Source: Calditrichia bacterium (GTDB lineage Bacteria > Calditrichota > Calditrichia > RBG-13-44-9 > J075). From it: a stretch of DNA of 64,000 nt. The stretch spans positions 131,059 through 195,058 of the forward strand of contig JBOEGD010000012.1 in assembly GCA_050633245.1 (NCBI GenBank). Reading direction: 5' to 3'. Shown here piece by piece: positions 30,005 to 40,133 of this stretch; the stretch's first letter is position 1, and every line of letters starts with the position of its first letter. The position numbers were made by a program, and so were the translations under genes. Under the pieces are notes generated by a model. It was not told the DNA's origin. It worked only from the letters and a program-made list of their open reading frames with translations, and ran no database searches.

Positions 30005-31747
30005 ATGAAAGAAACATTGCGTTTTTTGGCTCCCTATATTGCACGCTACAAGTGGAAGTATATTGCCGGGGCTATTTTCCTTCTGTTCACAAATTTATTT
30101 CGCATTAGTAATCCGCGCGTCGTCCAATACTCCATAGACTATCTAAAAACTGAGTTTTCCATTAGCTACCTGGCTCTCGTTGCCAGTGCAATAGTTGTCA
30201 TCGCAATATTGGAAGGTATTTTTTTGTTTCTAATGCGACGTAGTATGATTGTCGCTTCACGCGAGATTGAGAACGATATCCGGAATGATTTTTTCGAGCG
30301 CCTCATAAAGCTGCCGTCATCGTTTTATCAGAATATGCCTACCGGTGATGTTATGTCTCGCGCTACCAATGATTTAAATGCGGTTCGCTCAATTCTCGGC
30401 CCGGGAATCGCCTATTCAACAAATACCTCAATGGCATTTCTCTTCGTAATCCCGATGATGTTTATTATTAGTCCACGCCTCACGCTTTTTGCTCTACTAC
30501 CCTTTCCAATAGTAGCGCTTCTTGTTAATCGCTTTGGCAAGGCAATCTACAAGCGCTTTGCGCGAATTCAGGAACAACTATCCACACTCAGCACACGCAC
30601 ACAGGAGAATCTTTCCGGAAGCACAATTATCAAATGGTTCGCACGTGAAGATTACGAAGCAGAGCGCTTTCGTAAGGATAATCATGAATACATGAAGCGC
30701 AATATTGACTATGCGAAAGTCGATGCTGCTTTTCGACCGTCGCTTATGTTGACGATTGGTTGCTCAACAGCTATGATCTTATTGATTGGTGGCGAGCTGA
30801 TAATTAGTAAAACCATTTCCCTTGGTGAGTTTACCGCCTTTCTGCTTTACATGGGAATACTCGTATTTCCATCCATCGCGCTGGGATGGGTAATTGGCCT
30901 TTTCCAGCAGGGTTCGGCGGCACTTAATCGCATGCGCAAAGTATTGGAAGCCGAATCGGATATTCAGATTACCGATCCCATTACGCCGGAAAAGATTGAA
31001 GGAAATATTCGCCTGAGAAATCTGAATTTTTCCTACCAGGAAGGGCAGGATGTATTGAAAAGCCTTAACCTGCATATTAAGCCAAAAGAAACGCTTGGTA
31101 TTATTGGCCCGACCGGTAGTGGCAAAAGCACTCTTATCAAACTGATTCCCCATTTTTATAAGCTTGAAGACAATCAGCTTTTTGTTGATGAGCTAGATAT
31201 AAATCGAATTCCATTGCACCTGTTGCGCGGGGAGATCGGTTATGTGCCCCAGGAAACATTTCTGTTTTCCGATTCGATTCACAACAACATCGCCTACGGC
31301 AAGCCGGATGCCACGCGGGAGGAAGTTGAGCAGGCCGCCACGCTGGCACATATTCACAACGAAATAGCAGCTTTTCCTGAAGGTTACGATTCAATTCTTG
31401 GTGAAAAAGGCCTTAACCTTAGCGGTGGGCAAAAGCAACGTGTCTCAATAGCCCGTGCAGTATTAAGAGATCCGCATATTCTAATTTTCGACGACGCTTT
31501 TTCCGCTCTCGATACGTTTACAGAAGAACAAATATTGCAAAATCTCCGCAGCTTCTTACCGGATCGCACGGTTATTCTGGTTTCTCATCGCGTGTCCACC
31601 TTGCAAAGCTCCGACAGCATTATCGTTATGGAAGATGGACAGATAAGTCAGCAAGGTTCACATCAGGATCTGATAGCGCAACCAGGGCTTTATGCAACAA
31701 TACATAAAAAACAGCTGCTTGAAGAAGAGCTCGCCAGCGCCGAATAG
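30005..31747 (+). CDS. ABC exporter, fused TMD-NBD (MdlA/YheI-like)
   Basis: Multi-TM N-terminus; Walker A GPTGSGKST; LSGGQKQR; ILIFDD; SHR. Confidence 0.92.
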   Translation: MKETLRFLAPYIARYKWKYIAGAIFLLFTNLFRISNPRVVQYSIDYLKTEFSISYLALVASAIVVIAILEGIFLFLMRRSMIVASREIENDIRNDFFERLIKLPSSFYQNMPTGDVMSRATNDLNAVRSILGPGIAYSTNTSMAFLFVIPMMFIISPRLTLFALLPFPIVALLVNRFGKAIYKRFARIQEQLSTLSTRTQENLSGSTIIKWFAREDYEAERFRKDNHEYMKRNIDYAKVDAAFRPSLMLTIGCSTAMILLIGGELIISKTISLGEFTAFLLYMGILVFPSIALGWVIGLFQQGSAALNRMRKVLEAESDIQITDPITPEKIEGNIRLRNLNFSYQEGQDVLKSLNLHIKPKETLGIIGPTGSGKSTLIKLIPHFYKLEDNQLFVDELDINRIPLHLLRGEIGYVPQETFLFSDSIHNNIAYGKPDATREEVEQAATLAHIHNEIAAFPEGYDSILGEKGLNLSGGQKQRVSIARAVLRDPHILIFDDAFSALDTFTEEQILQNLRSFLPDRTVILVSHRVSTLQSSDSIIVMEDGQISQQGSHQDLIAQPGLYATIHKKQLLEEELASAE

Positions 31748-31748
31748 T

Positions 31749-32477
31749 TTAATCGAGCTCTGCTGAAAGCGGGCTCGCCAGCGCAATACCAACAACCTTA
31801 GCGGCGCCCGCTTTTTTCAACAACCTTGCGCAGCTATTTAGTGTAGCTCCGGTAGTTAACACGTCGTCGATTAACACCACCGTTTTACCAAATACAGTCT
31901 CTGCATCATTCAAGGCAAAAGCATTCATAACGTTTTTACGGCGTTCATTTCTGCTTAAATTCGTCTGCGTTACAGTGTTCTTTTTGCGAAGCAGCAGGCT
32001 CGTGTTTAATAATGCATGTTCTCCGAATACGCCTCCGGCGATCAGCGCACTTTGATTATAACCCCGACGTCTCATCCTGACTCTGTGTAAGGGAATAGCA
32101 CAAACCACCACCTCCCCAAGACCAACAATTAACTCTGGACGTTGTCTCGCGGCAAATTCTCCCAGTGCCGTGCCAAGCTTCGGCATTGCACAATATTTCA
32201 ACGCATGAACAGCGTCTCGTAACACATCATCAAAGGCCCAAAATATCTCTACCGAATCGATATAGCAGGGACGCAGGCGACTCAATATTCGATGTTCCCC
32301 AAATGCCGGGTGCAAGGGCTGTAGTTCCGCTAAACAGCTGAGGCAGATGGCAGGATGTATACTTCCTTCAACCAATCTCAGGCAGTGAACACATCCAGAG
32401 GGCAACAGCAATTGTTCTACATCGCGATAAGCTCGTAGCAGATGAGATAGAATTAGGTTGTGCATTCGTTCTAGCAT
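31749..32477 (-). CDS. comF: ComF family phosphoribosyltransferase-like protein
   Basis: CxxC pairs; IPLH..RGYNQS; LIDDVLTTGATL. Confidence 0.88.
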   Translation of the reverse strand: MLERMHNLILSHLLRAYRDVEQLLLPSGCVHCLRLVEGSIHPAICLSCLAELQPLHPAFGEHRILSRLRPCYIDSVEIFWAFDDVLRDAVHALKYCAMPKLGTALGEFAARQRPELIVGLGEVVVCAIPLHRVRMRRRGYNQSALIAGGVFGEHALLNTSLLLRKKNTVTQTNLSRNERRKNVMNAFALNDAETVFGKTVVLIDDVLTTGATLNSCARLLKKAGAAKVVGIALASPLSAELD

Positions 32478-32479
32478 AA

Positions 32480-32524
32480 AAAAAACCGGTGATACCTTAT
32501 ATTAGCAAGTATCACCGGTTTTTT
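32480..32524. terminator. Bidirectional intrinsic terminator
   Basis: AAAAAACCGGTGATAC...GTATCACCGGTTTTTT downstream of the 32547..33806 gene. Confidence 0.8.
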
Positions 32525-32546
32525 GAAAAACAGCTAAATCAACTGC

Positions 32547-33806
32547 TTAAAATCTATAGCGGAATAGAAGTCGGGGCTCAATTCGTTCTCTCGGCTTAAA
32601 GACTCGCGGCTCCGTTTCAACCCAGTACCAACGATAAGTAGTTGATAAGAGCAAAAAGCTATTGAGCTCATAATTTACTTCAGCCGATGCTACCGAGCGC
32701 GCATCCAGCGTGCGCAGCTCATCCAGTGTTTCGATGCCGAACTTATCGTAATATGCGCGAAGCTCGAAGCGCGGAACCAGTTCAGGCGCTGATGCTTCGA
32801 GGTGAACAGCTCCCCCACCCTCAACATCCGTCAAATAAGTATAGCTACCAATCATGCGTATCTTATCCGTAACGTGACCAACCAATTGACCAAAATAGCC
32901 AGCCGTAGCTTCAGCATTACGCAAAGAGTCCAGTGCACCTATCTGACGCTCAAGTTCATAAAGAGGGCCAAAGTAATTCGGAATAAACTGCTCGCCGATG
33001 AAGCGTCGCTCAAAACTTGCAGACAACCCAAACAATCCATAAAACTCCGGAAAGATCAGATTTACACCCACTGCTTTTCCGTCACCCAAATCTTCAAACT
33101 TACCATAGTCTGCATACAGATGGCTCTTTAGCAACGGCAAATCGATAATTCGCAAGTCCGCTCCAAAGCCATATGCACTAACACTGGTTTTTTCCTCTCC
33201 ATCGGGAGCACTATTGTCACGAGCATACGTCCCATGGACTCTAAAATTTTTCAGCAAATAGTTATCCGAATTGAGGAAGCGAAACGGACGTGCATAAACA
33301 TTGTATCCCTGAATTGTCGAGCTCGTCATCGAACCAACAACAGATTCAAAACCGAACTGACCAAAATCGATATCCGCAACCAAACCCAGCCGCCTCTTAT
33401 CGTAGTTCGTGCTATTGTTGTAGTTCCATACCAAAAATCCGTTACCAAGACTTGCTCGATCCAGTGCGCCAAAACGAAAGAAATATTCATCATACTTTTG
33501 CCCAAGCCGCAAATAGCGAATGGCGCGGAAGACACCCGGACCGTCCTGATACTCATCTTTTCTAAGTTTAAATTCATTGTCGCTGTTCATCAGGAATTGA
33601 AGATTTAGTCCAACTCCAAACTTTCCGAAGGATAGTTCCGGTGCAAAGGTAATCGTGGTATAAGCAGTATCATCAATAAAGGTATAGCCAATTCCACCAA
33701 CCAGCGTATTTTCTTCCGGAAAGCGAAATGGATCTTTAAACCACTGCGCCGACCCAATGGCGGTCATAAGGCAGAGGAGTACAAGTAATTTTAGTATAAA
33801 GCGCAT
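32547..33806 (-). CDS. Hypothetical outer-membrane beta-barrel-like protein
   Basis: Signal peptide; Gly/aromatic-rich alternating strands; ends RLLFRYRF. Confidence 0.7.
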   Translation of the reverse strand: MRFILKLLVLLCLMTAIGSAQWFKDPFRFPEENTLVGGIGYTFIDDTAYTTITFAPELSFGKFGVGLNLQFLMNSDNEFKLRKDEYQDGPGVFRAIRYLRLGQKYDEYFFRFGALDRASLGNGFLVWNYNNSTNYDKRRLGLVADIDFGQFGFESVVGSMTSSTIQGYNVYARPFRFLNSDNYLLKNFRVHGTYARDNSAPDGEEKTSVSAYGFGADLRIIDLPLLKSHLYADYGKFEDLGDGKAVGVNLIFPEFYGLFGLSASFERRFIGEQFIPNYFGPLYELERQIGALDSLRNAEATAGYFGQLVGHVTDKIRMIGSYTYLTDVEGGGAVHLEASAPELVPRFELRAYYDKFGIETLDELRTLDARSVASAEVNYELNSFLLLSTTYRWYWVETEPRVFKPRERIEPRLLFRYRF

Positions 33807-34021
33807 TACAAAATCTCCTGATTTTAGGGCAAAACGCTACAGCTGCAGCGATTTTTGGAAGTTCGCAACTTAACATTAAGGTAAAGAGAAGCAACATATT
33901 TTTATGTTCATACAAAAGATTGCAATATCAGTCACTCGAACCGTGTTATGTATACGGTCTCAACTTGTTATGGTTCTGTTCGACAATTTATATTATATTC
34001 GGCCTTGAAAGGATATTTTCA

Positions 34022-34504
34022 ATGCAGACACCTCTTCTGGAAATGCTTACTCCTGCTCACATTAACGCCTCATTAACATCCATAGACAAAGAGAGTGTTA
34101 TTCGTGAGCTACTAGCGCTGGTAACGACGAATCATCAAATTACACAGCCAGACAAGCTATTGGAGGCAATCTTTCAACGCGAACATATTATGAGCACCGG
34201 TGTAGGAAATGGTGTGGCCATTCCACACTGCAAATCTCCATTTTCTCCTGAGTTTAGCGTTACGATGGGAATTCATCGCAATGGGGTCGACTTTGATGCG
34301 GTTGACAATGAACCGGTGAATATTATTTTTCTGGTCACCGGCCCGGAAAACGATCCGACGGGACACATTCGTCTTCTCAGTCGTATTTCGAGAATTATGT
34401 CTCGTGAAGACGCCAGACAGCATCTAATAGAACAGAAGGACAGTGAATCAATTTTTCGCTTTTTGCAGGTCGAGGAGCGTCGTATTTTTGAAGCAAAGAA
34501 GTAG
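34022..34504 (+). CDS. ptsN: PTS EIIA (Ntr/fructose-type) protein
   Basis: REHIMSTGVGNGVAIPH; VDFDAVD; HIRLLSRISR. Confidence 0.88.
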   Translation: MQTPLLEMLTPAHINASLTSIDKESVIRELLALVTTNHQITQPDKLLEAIFQREHIMSTGVGNGVAIPHCKSPFSPEFSVTMGIHRNGVDFDAVDNEPVNIIFLVTGPENDPTGHIRLLSRISRIMSREDARQHLIEQKDSESIFRFLQVEERRIFEAKK

Positions 34505-34518
34505 ATAAAGGAGGCGTT

Positions 34519-34779
34519 ATGAGCAGAGAAAACTGGAGTAAAGTTGGTCCGCTACCGGGTTCATTATATGCTGAAATGGTAGCTGAAGTATTAAAGGAAA
34601 AGCAAATTCCTCACTATCTTTCGCAAAGCTGGTTCTCGGGTGCTTATGGCATAAAAGGCACAAATGCCTTGGGTGATGATGCCTTTATTTTTGTCCCTGA
34701 AGAAGCTCTGGAAGAAGTGAATGAAGTGCTGGAAACCATGTTTCCGGATGCAGAAGAAACAGATAATGAAGAGAAGTGA
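34519..34779 (+). CDS. DUF2007-like small protein
   Basis: AEMVAEVLKEKQIP...IFVPEEALEE pattern; AAGGAGG RBS. Confidence 0.7.
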   Translation: MSRENWSKVGPLPGSLYAEMVAEVLKEKQIPHYLSQSWFSGAYGIKGTNALGDDAFIFVPEEALEEVNEVLETMFPDAEETDNEEK

Positions 34780-35148
34780 ATTTCTTAAAGCATCGTTTAT
34801 GCTGGTTGCTACCGCCTTATTTTTCTTTTCCTGCAGCCATAGCGATATCAGAGTTCTTTCAAAAAGCAAAGGATAACAATACGGCATCTATTCATGCTGT
34901 TGTCATTTCCAAAGAAAAAATTTTTATTGTGAATGCTGATGATGTAAAAGGCGACATAGCTCTGGGAAATGTGAAGGATGTCTATAGAAAATTTTTGGGA
35001 CAGTATACTCGGTAACCCGATTAGAATTGGCAGAGCCGTTGCCAAGACCAGCGATAAAGACGACCTGTCTAAAATCTCCTGAGATAATGGTATTGAAGAG
35101 CTGGCAAAACAAGTCTTAAAAAACACTGGTTACTCTAAAAAGCATTAA
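34766..35148 (+). pseudogene. Degraded, internally deleted paralog of the lipoprotein at 39214..39966
   Basis: Frame pieces MKRSEFLKASFMLVATALFFFSC / IVNADDVKGDIALGNVKDVY / GNPIRIGRAVAK..LSKIS*DNGIEELAKQVLKNTGY align by eye to LFFSC / ILNDGDLEDDLGSGPADSVF / GAMISYGEAIG..MTYKTWNKALNSLAAAIMEKTPF. Confidence 0.65.
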
Positions 35149-35325
35149 GCTTGCCTGGCTACACCCACCTCCCGCACATTGGCAAATCCTGTACTTATAT
35201 AATAAATTTTCATTTTTTTCCGAATTTTCCCTACTTTGCTATAATAGCCTTACATGGATCATCTATACATGATTACCATTGGCGAACAAATCCAATACAA
35301 TTGACGAACTCTATAGGAGGGGGAC

Positions 35326-37260
35326 ATGAGACCCGTCATTTACTGTTTAGCAATTCTGCTAATATCACTCGTATCTATTCAGGCACAATCAGACAGAAAA
35401 CCGCTGAAGTTTCCAAAGTTTGGAAAAATAGACAAATCTATTCTTAAAATGGAAACTTATGATCCTGCGCCTGACGCAGAAGCAATCGTTCTATTCGACA
35501 AGCTTGAAATGCGCATTACAGATGACTACGTGCTGGAAAGCAAACGTCATTTTCGTATTAAGATTCTAACCGAAGAGGGCAAAGAATACGCAGATCAGAG
35601 AATTCCTTATTACTACAAGGGGCAAAAGGTCCGCGATCTAAAAGCACACACAATACTTCCAAATGGTAATAAGGTTAAGCTGAACAAAAAGAATGTTTTT
35701 GACGAGGAAAGCGGTAAGCTAAAGTTTAAAGTCTTTGCAATTCCCGCAGTAGATGTTGGTTCAGTTATCGAAGTGAAATATGAAATTGAATCGGAGTATG
35801 TTCTCGATCTCGATCCTTGGTATTTCCAGGACGTTATTTACACTGAGGCAAGCCAGCTATCCGTTATTATTCCACCGGGATTTAACTTCCGCGTCTTTTT
35901 CTATAATCTAAGCGATATCGATCCAATTATCGAGGAGCAGGTCGTCCCCGGAGCAAAATTAAAGAAATATATCTGGGAAGCACAAAATTTACCTGCAATT
36001 AAGACAGAACCCTTCATGCGAACGCTTGAAGACTATTGGGGACAGATGCGCTTCCAGCTTATCAACTTCAAAAATGCCTATCAGTATATTGAGTTTATTA
36101 AATCCTGGGATGGAATGGCCAAGGTCATCCGTGAGCGGTACAGCGAGTTTCTTAAGAACAACGATGGCTTAAAGAAGCTCGCGATGCAAAAGACGGCAGA
36201 ACACACTTCGTTAGATGACAAGGTAAAGGCGCTCTACGATTTCGTGACGCAGGAGATCGTGACCGATAAACGTGGAGGAATCTATATCGATCAGGATGCC
36301 CGTCCCTCTAAAATTGTGGCGGAGAAAAAGGGCCAGGGCATACTGAAAAACCTTATCCTCGTTAACATGCTGCGTGCAGCCGGCTTCGAAGCCAATCCGG
36401 TTTTAATAGCGACTCGTAACAGAAGACGGGCAAGCGCGAACGTTCCCGACCTCGACCAGTTTAACTATGCTATAGTATCAGTGAAGATTGGAACGAAGAG
36501 TGTATATATGGATACGCGTGACCGCCTTTGCCCATACAAGATGCTTCCTGTGAATTCACTGGTTGGCGAAGGCTTTCTCGTCGATGATGGGCCGGGGCAA
36601 TTCGTCAAAATACCGGCACCACGCAATCTGAACATGCAGCGTTGCGATACCAGTGGGGAACTGGATGAGTTTGGTGATCTTACTGCAAGATCCATTATCC
36701 GCTTCGAGCACTATACAGCTCTTTCAACGCGCAGAAAGATTGAGAAGAATGATCAGGAAACATTTGTTCGCAAAATGCTTGAAGATTCCTTTGGCAATGT
36801 AACGATAGACAGTATGAAAGTTGAGGGAATGGATACCTATGATGTACCGCTAACAATTAGCGTGGACTATTCAGTTGAAGGTTTTGCCCAGGTTGCAGGC
36901 GAGCAACTTTACATTAGTGCACCCGCAATCGATGCCTACAAAGAGAATCCGCTTAAGAGCGAGACGCGCTATTTCCCGGTTGAGTTCACCTATAACAATG
37001 CATCGAATGAGGTTATGAAAATTAAATTGCCTGAGGGGTTTCAACTTAATGAGATCCCCAAAATGGCGAAAGTCGGTCAGAAAAAGCTGCGCTATGTAAA
37101 CATGTGGAGGCTGGAAGAGAGCATGCTCACGATAGAGCGTCAGTTTATGCGACGCTCGGTGGTATTTCCGGCGAGCCAGTACAAAAACCTTCGCGGCTTC
37201 TACGACTATGCAGTCAAATTCGATCAGCAACAGGTTGTTTTGAGTGGTCCCGGCAAGTAA
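35326..37260 (+). CDS. DUF3857 / transglutaminase-like protein, catalytic residues apparently absent
   Basis: Signal peptide; DAEAIVLFD, RIKILTEEG, GSVIEVKY, WYFQ; TG core KGQGILKN and FNYAI. Confidence 0.82.
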   Translation: MRPVIYCLAILLISLVSIQAQSDRKPLKFPKFGKIDKSILKMETYDPAPDAEAIVLFDKLEMRITDDYVLESKRHFRIKILTEEGKEYADQRIPYYYKGQKVRDLKAHTILPNGNKVKLNKKNVFDEESGKLKFKVFAIPAVDVGSVIEVKYEIESEYVLDLDPWYFQDVIYTEASQLSVIIPPGFNFRVFFYNLSDIDPIIEEQVVPGAKLKKYIWEAQNLPAIKTEPFMRTLEDYWGQMRFQLINFKNAYQYIEFIKSWDGMAKVIRERYSEFLKNNDGLKKLAMQKTAEHTSLDDKVKALYDFVTQEIVTDKRGGIYIDQDARPSKIVAEKKGQGILKNLILVNMLRAAGFEANPVLIATRNRRRASANVPDLDQFNYAIVSVKIGTKSVYMDTRDRLCPYKMLPVNSLVGEGFLVDDGPGQFVKIPAPRNLNMQRCDTSGELDEFGDLTARSIIRFEHYTALSTRRKIEKNDQETFVRKMLEDSFGNVTIDSMKVEGMDTYDVPLTISVDYSVEGFAQVAGEQLYISAPAIDAYKENPLKSETRYFPVEFTYNNASNEVMKIKLPEGFQLNEIPKMAKVGQKKLRYVNMWRLEESMLTIERQFMRRSVVFPASQYKNLRGFYDYAVKFDQQQVVLSGPGK

Positions 37261-37302
37261 GGCGCATTAGTCACAGAACAATCATTTCAGGGGAACCAAA
37301 CG

Positions 37303-39183
37303 GTGCAAACATATAAATTTCTATTGCTTACCTTCCTGCTGCTAACCACGAATCTCTTTTCACAGTCTCTACTGTGGCCGGAGAAAGTGGATGCACTGGT
37401 AGAATATGAACATCAGACCTTTAAAGTTACCGGAGCCAATAGTGGTGTGTGGCAGGTAAAAGGCTTGGTTCAGATTTTCAACCCCAATGGGAAGAAGTAC
37501 GGCGTGCTTAGCGTTCTGGAGAACTCAATGCAAACGAACAAAAAGTTCGAAGGCCGAGTTCTGGACATGAATAACAAAAAGATTAGAAAGCTAAAAAAGG
37601 ATGATATCGAGATTCATTCAATCACAGATAACATCACCATATATAACGATTCGCACTATAAATTTGCAGAACTTTCTAACGGCAATTTTCCTTACAAAAT
37701 AGAGTATTATTACGAAATGGAGCTAAGCAGCCTCATTTATTGGCCGGACTGGCGTCCTGAAGAACATATTCCTGTTATAAATGCCAGCTATACACTCATC
37801 CTGGATCATCAGGTTGAATACAAGTTTTGGTCAAAAGACGGCAGCAAACCTGACGAGAGCGTTGTCGATGGGAAAAAAAACCTGGTTTGGTCTTACCAAA
37901 TGCTGCCTCCGAAAACAAACAAAATTGCATTTCTACCACCGGAAGAAAGGACGCAAAAAGAGCTTCGTTTTGCACCACGTTTTTTTCGAACAGGAAAAGT
38001 TAGCGGCTCATACGATAGCTGGGATAGCATTGCTGAATGGTTCCGAAGACTGCTTGTTGGAAGGGATCATTTACCCATCCTGGCAAGAAAAGAAGTTGAA
38101 GCGCTAATCTCTCCCGAAGACAGCAAAAGGCAAATTGTCGAGAAGGTGTACTCCTTTCTACAAAATGATACCCGCTACGTTGCTATTCACCTCGGCATCG
38201 GAGGCTGGCAGCCCCACAGCGTTGAATCCGTTTATCGCAATAAATATGGTGATTGCAAAGACCTTTCTCTTTATACAATTGCCATGTTAAAAAACTTTGA
38301 TATTCCTGCTTATCCGGCACTGATTCGAACACGAGATATAGGCATAACAAATCCTGAATTTCCCGTAAGCGACTTTAACCACGCTATTGCATATGTGCCA
38401 TTGGAAGACGATACGCTATGGCTGGAATGCACTACAGACCTACTCGCTGCAGGACAACTACACGAGGATATCGAAGGATGTAATGTACTCGTCATAAAGG
38501 ATGACTCCGGAGAAATTATCAGGACTCCCGAAACCAAGCCGGACGATAATCTTTGGCTATCTAATGTGGTGGGAACTCTTACAACAAACGGCTCACTTGA
38601 ATTTACCGGGCAGATGGAATTAACCCATAATCAGGCCAGGGGCTATCGGGCAACACTGGCAGTACTAGACAATTCTGAGCGAAAAGAATATATTCGCAGT
38701 ATAATTGGCAATCAATTACCCAAGGTAGATCTCTCAACTTTTGAGATGGAAAATGTGGAAAAAAATTATGCGCAACCGCTGATACTCAATTTCTCTGGTA
38801 GCGCCAGCAATGCCGCAAATAGCAATGGGTCCCGACTGTTCTTTAATCCCAATCTGCTAAATCGCTATAAAAAACGTTCAGCTCTTAAAAGCAAAGAAAG
38901 GGAATTCCCCATACACATGTCCTACGCCTATCGAGACATCGATTCCATAACGGTAAAAATCCCATTGGGCTATACGCTTGAAGGCGCACCAAAATCCGTT
39001 GATCTGGAGACAGCCTATACGCGCTACAAAACAACGTATACGCTAACGGACCAAACGCTTAGCTACAAGCGCATCCTGGAATTCAAAAAACGGCAAATCC
39101 CGGTTGAAGCGTACAAAGAACACCGAAAGTTTATGAAACAGGTTCGCCGCAGCGACAATTCACAGTTTGTTTTTAAAAAGTGA
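37303..39183 (+). CDS. DUF3857 / transglutaminase-like protein with catalytic motifs
   Basis: Signal peptide; TRYVAIHLGIGGWQP, YGDCKD, FNHAI, WLECT. Confidence 0.87.
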   Translation: MQTYKFLLLTFLLLTTNLFSQSLLWPEKVDALVEYEHQTFKVTGANSGVWQVKGLVQIFNPNGKKYGVLSVLENSMQTNKKFEGRVLDMNNKKIRKLKKDDIEIHSITDNITIYNDSHYKFAELSNGNFPYKIEYYYEMELSSLIYWPDWRPEEHIPVINASYTLILDHQVEYKFWSKDGSKPDESVVDGKKNLVWSYQMLPPKTNKIAFLPPEERTQKELRFAPRFFRTGKVSGSYDSWDSIAEWFRRLLVGRDHLPILARKEVEALISPEDSKRQIVEKVYSFLQNDTRYVAIHLGIGGWQPHSVESVYRNKYGDCKDLSLYTIAMLKNFDIPAYPALIRTRDIGITNPEFPVSDFNHAIAYVPLEDDTLWLECTTDLLAAGQLHEDIEGCNVLVIKDDSGEIIRTPETKPDDNLWLSNVVGTLTTNGSLEFTGQMELTHNQARGYRATLAVLDNSERKEYIRSIIGNQLPKVDLSTFEMENVEKNYAQPLILNFSGSASNAANSNGSRLFFNPNLLNRYKKRSALKSKEREFPIHMSYAYRDIDSITVKIPLGYTLEGAPKSVDLETAYTRYKTTYTLTDQTLSYKRILEFKKRQIPVEAYKEHRKFMKQVRRSDNSQFVFKK

Positions 39184-39213
39184 TGACAGACCTGAGGAAT
39201 AAAAAGGGAACAT

Positions 39214-39966
39214 ATGACGACCAGACTTATCACGACCTTAATAGCATTTTCATTATTTTTTTCATGCGCCAAAAGTACAATTGTTGTTATGCCGGACTAC
39301 AAGAATAAGCAACTGCCTTCACCGGAACTTGCGATTATTGTGTTGGAAGATGAACCGACTATTCTTAACGACGGAGATTTGGAAGATGATCTTGGATCTG
39401 GACCTGCAGATTCTGTGTTCGTTGAGTATTTTGCTCAGTTATTCCCCGACAAACTCAAGCATTATAGTAAATTTAGAAAAGTAATCTTTGCACGATCTTT
39501 GCCAACTGGCGAAATGAAGAAAAAAACGTTCAAGCTCAATAGCAGAAAGAAAATCGACATATCCATTCCTAAAGATGGAACAACAGTTCAATTTGACTCT
39601 CTCACGCCCGGGGTTATTCTTTTTATAGATGCTTTCAAGACTAAGCGAGTTATTATAAATATTCCCGGGACAATGAATGCGGACGGCACCTGGTCTGGTG
39701 GCAGCAACTCGGACGAATTGCATTACATTGTAGATTTTGCACTTTGGGATAACACTGCCGGAGCAATGATATCTTATGGGGAGGCTATAGGCCAAAATGG
39801 AGTTTTTGGAGCAATGACGTACAAAACCTGGAACAAGGCTCTTAATAGTCTGGCCGCAGCGATAATGGAGAAAACTCCCTTCTATCGAGAACAGTTTGCA
39901 GCCCCATTGAACACCAATGCAGCGGACCCGAAGGAAAAAACTGAACCGCTTAAGGAAAAGAACTAG
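39214..39966 (+). CDS. Hypothetical lipoprotein
   Basis: Lipobox LFFSC; 250-aa ORF with RBS. Confidence 0.75.
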   Translation: MTTRLITTLIAFSLFFSCAKSTIVVMPDYKNKQLPSPELAIIVLEDEPTILNDGDLEDDLGSGPADSVFVEYFAQLFPDKLKHYSKFRKVIFARSLPTGEMKKKTFKLNSRKKIDISIPKDGTTVQFDSLTPGVILFIDAFKTKRVIINIPGTMNADGTWSGGSNSDELHYIVDFALWDNTAGAMISYGEAIGQNGVFGAMTYKTWNKALNSLAAAIMEKTPFYREQFAAPLNTNAADPKEKTEPLKEKN

Positions 39967-40039
39967 CCAGTTTACTCTTCCTATATTTCTAGCATGCGCG
40001 GGTTTCTTACTCGTGTCACGTTGTCCACGATTGCCAACT

Positions 40040-40077
40040 CCCGATTGCCGGCTGCCGATTCCCGATTCCCGATTGCC
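40040..40077. repeat. Degenerate heptamer tandem repeat (CCGATTC/G)
   Basis: cccgattgccggctgccgattcccgattcccgattgcc. Confidence 0.6.
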
Positions 40078-40133
40078 GCCTCTCTAAAAAATACCTATAT
40101 TGCCCTGCCATAAGAAATCGTAAAAGAGACTCA

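Noticed and set aside
31729-31784. 12-bp direct repeat GCTCGCCAGCGC at the convergent ABC/comF ends
   Set aside because: Both copies lie in intact coding ends; compatible with chance
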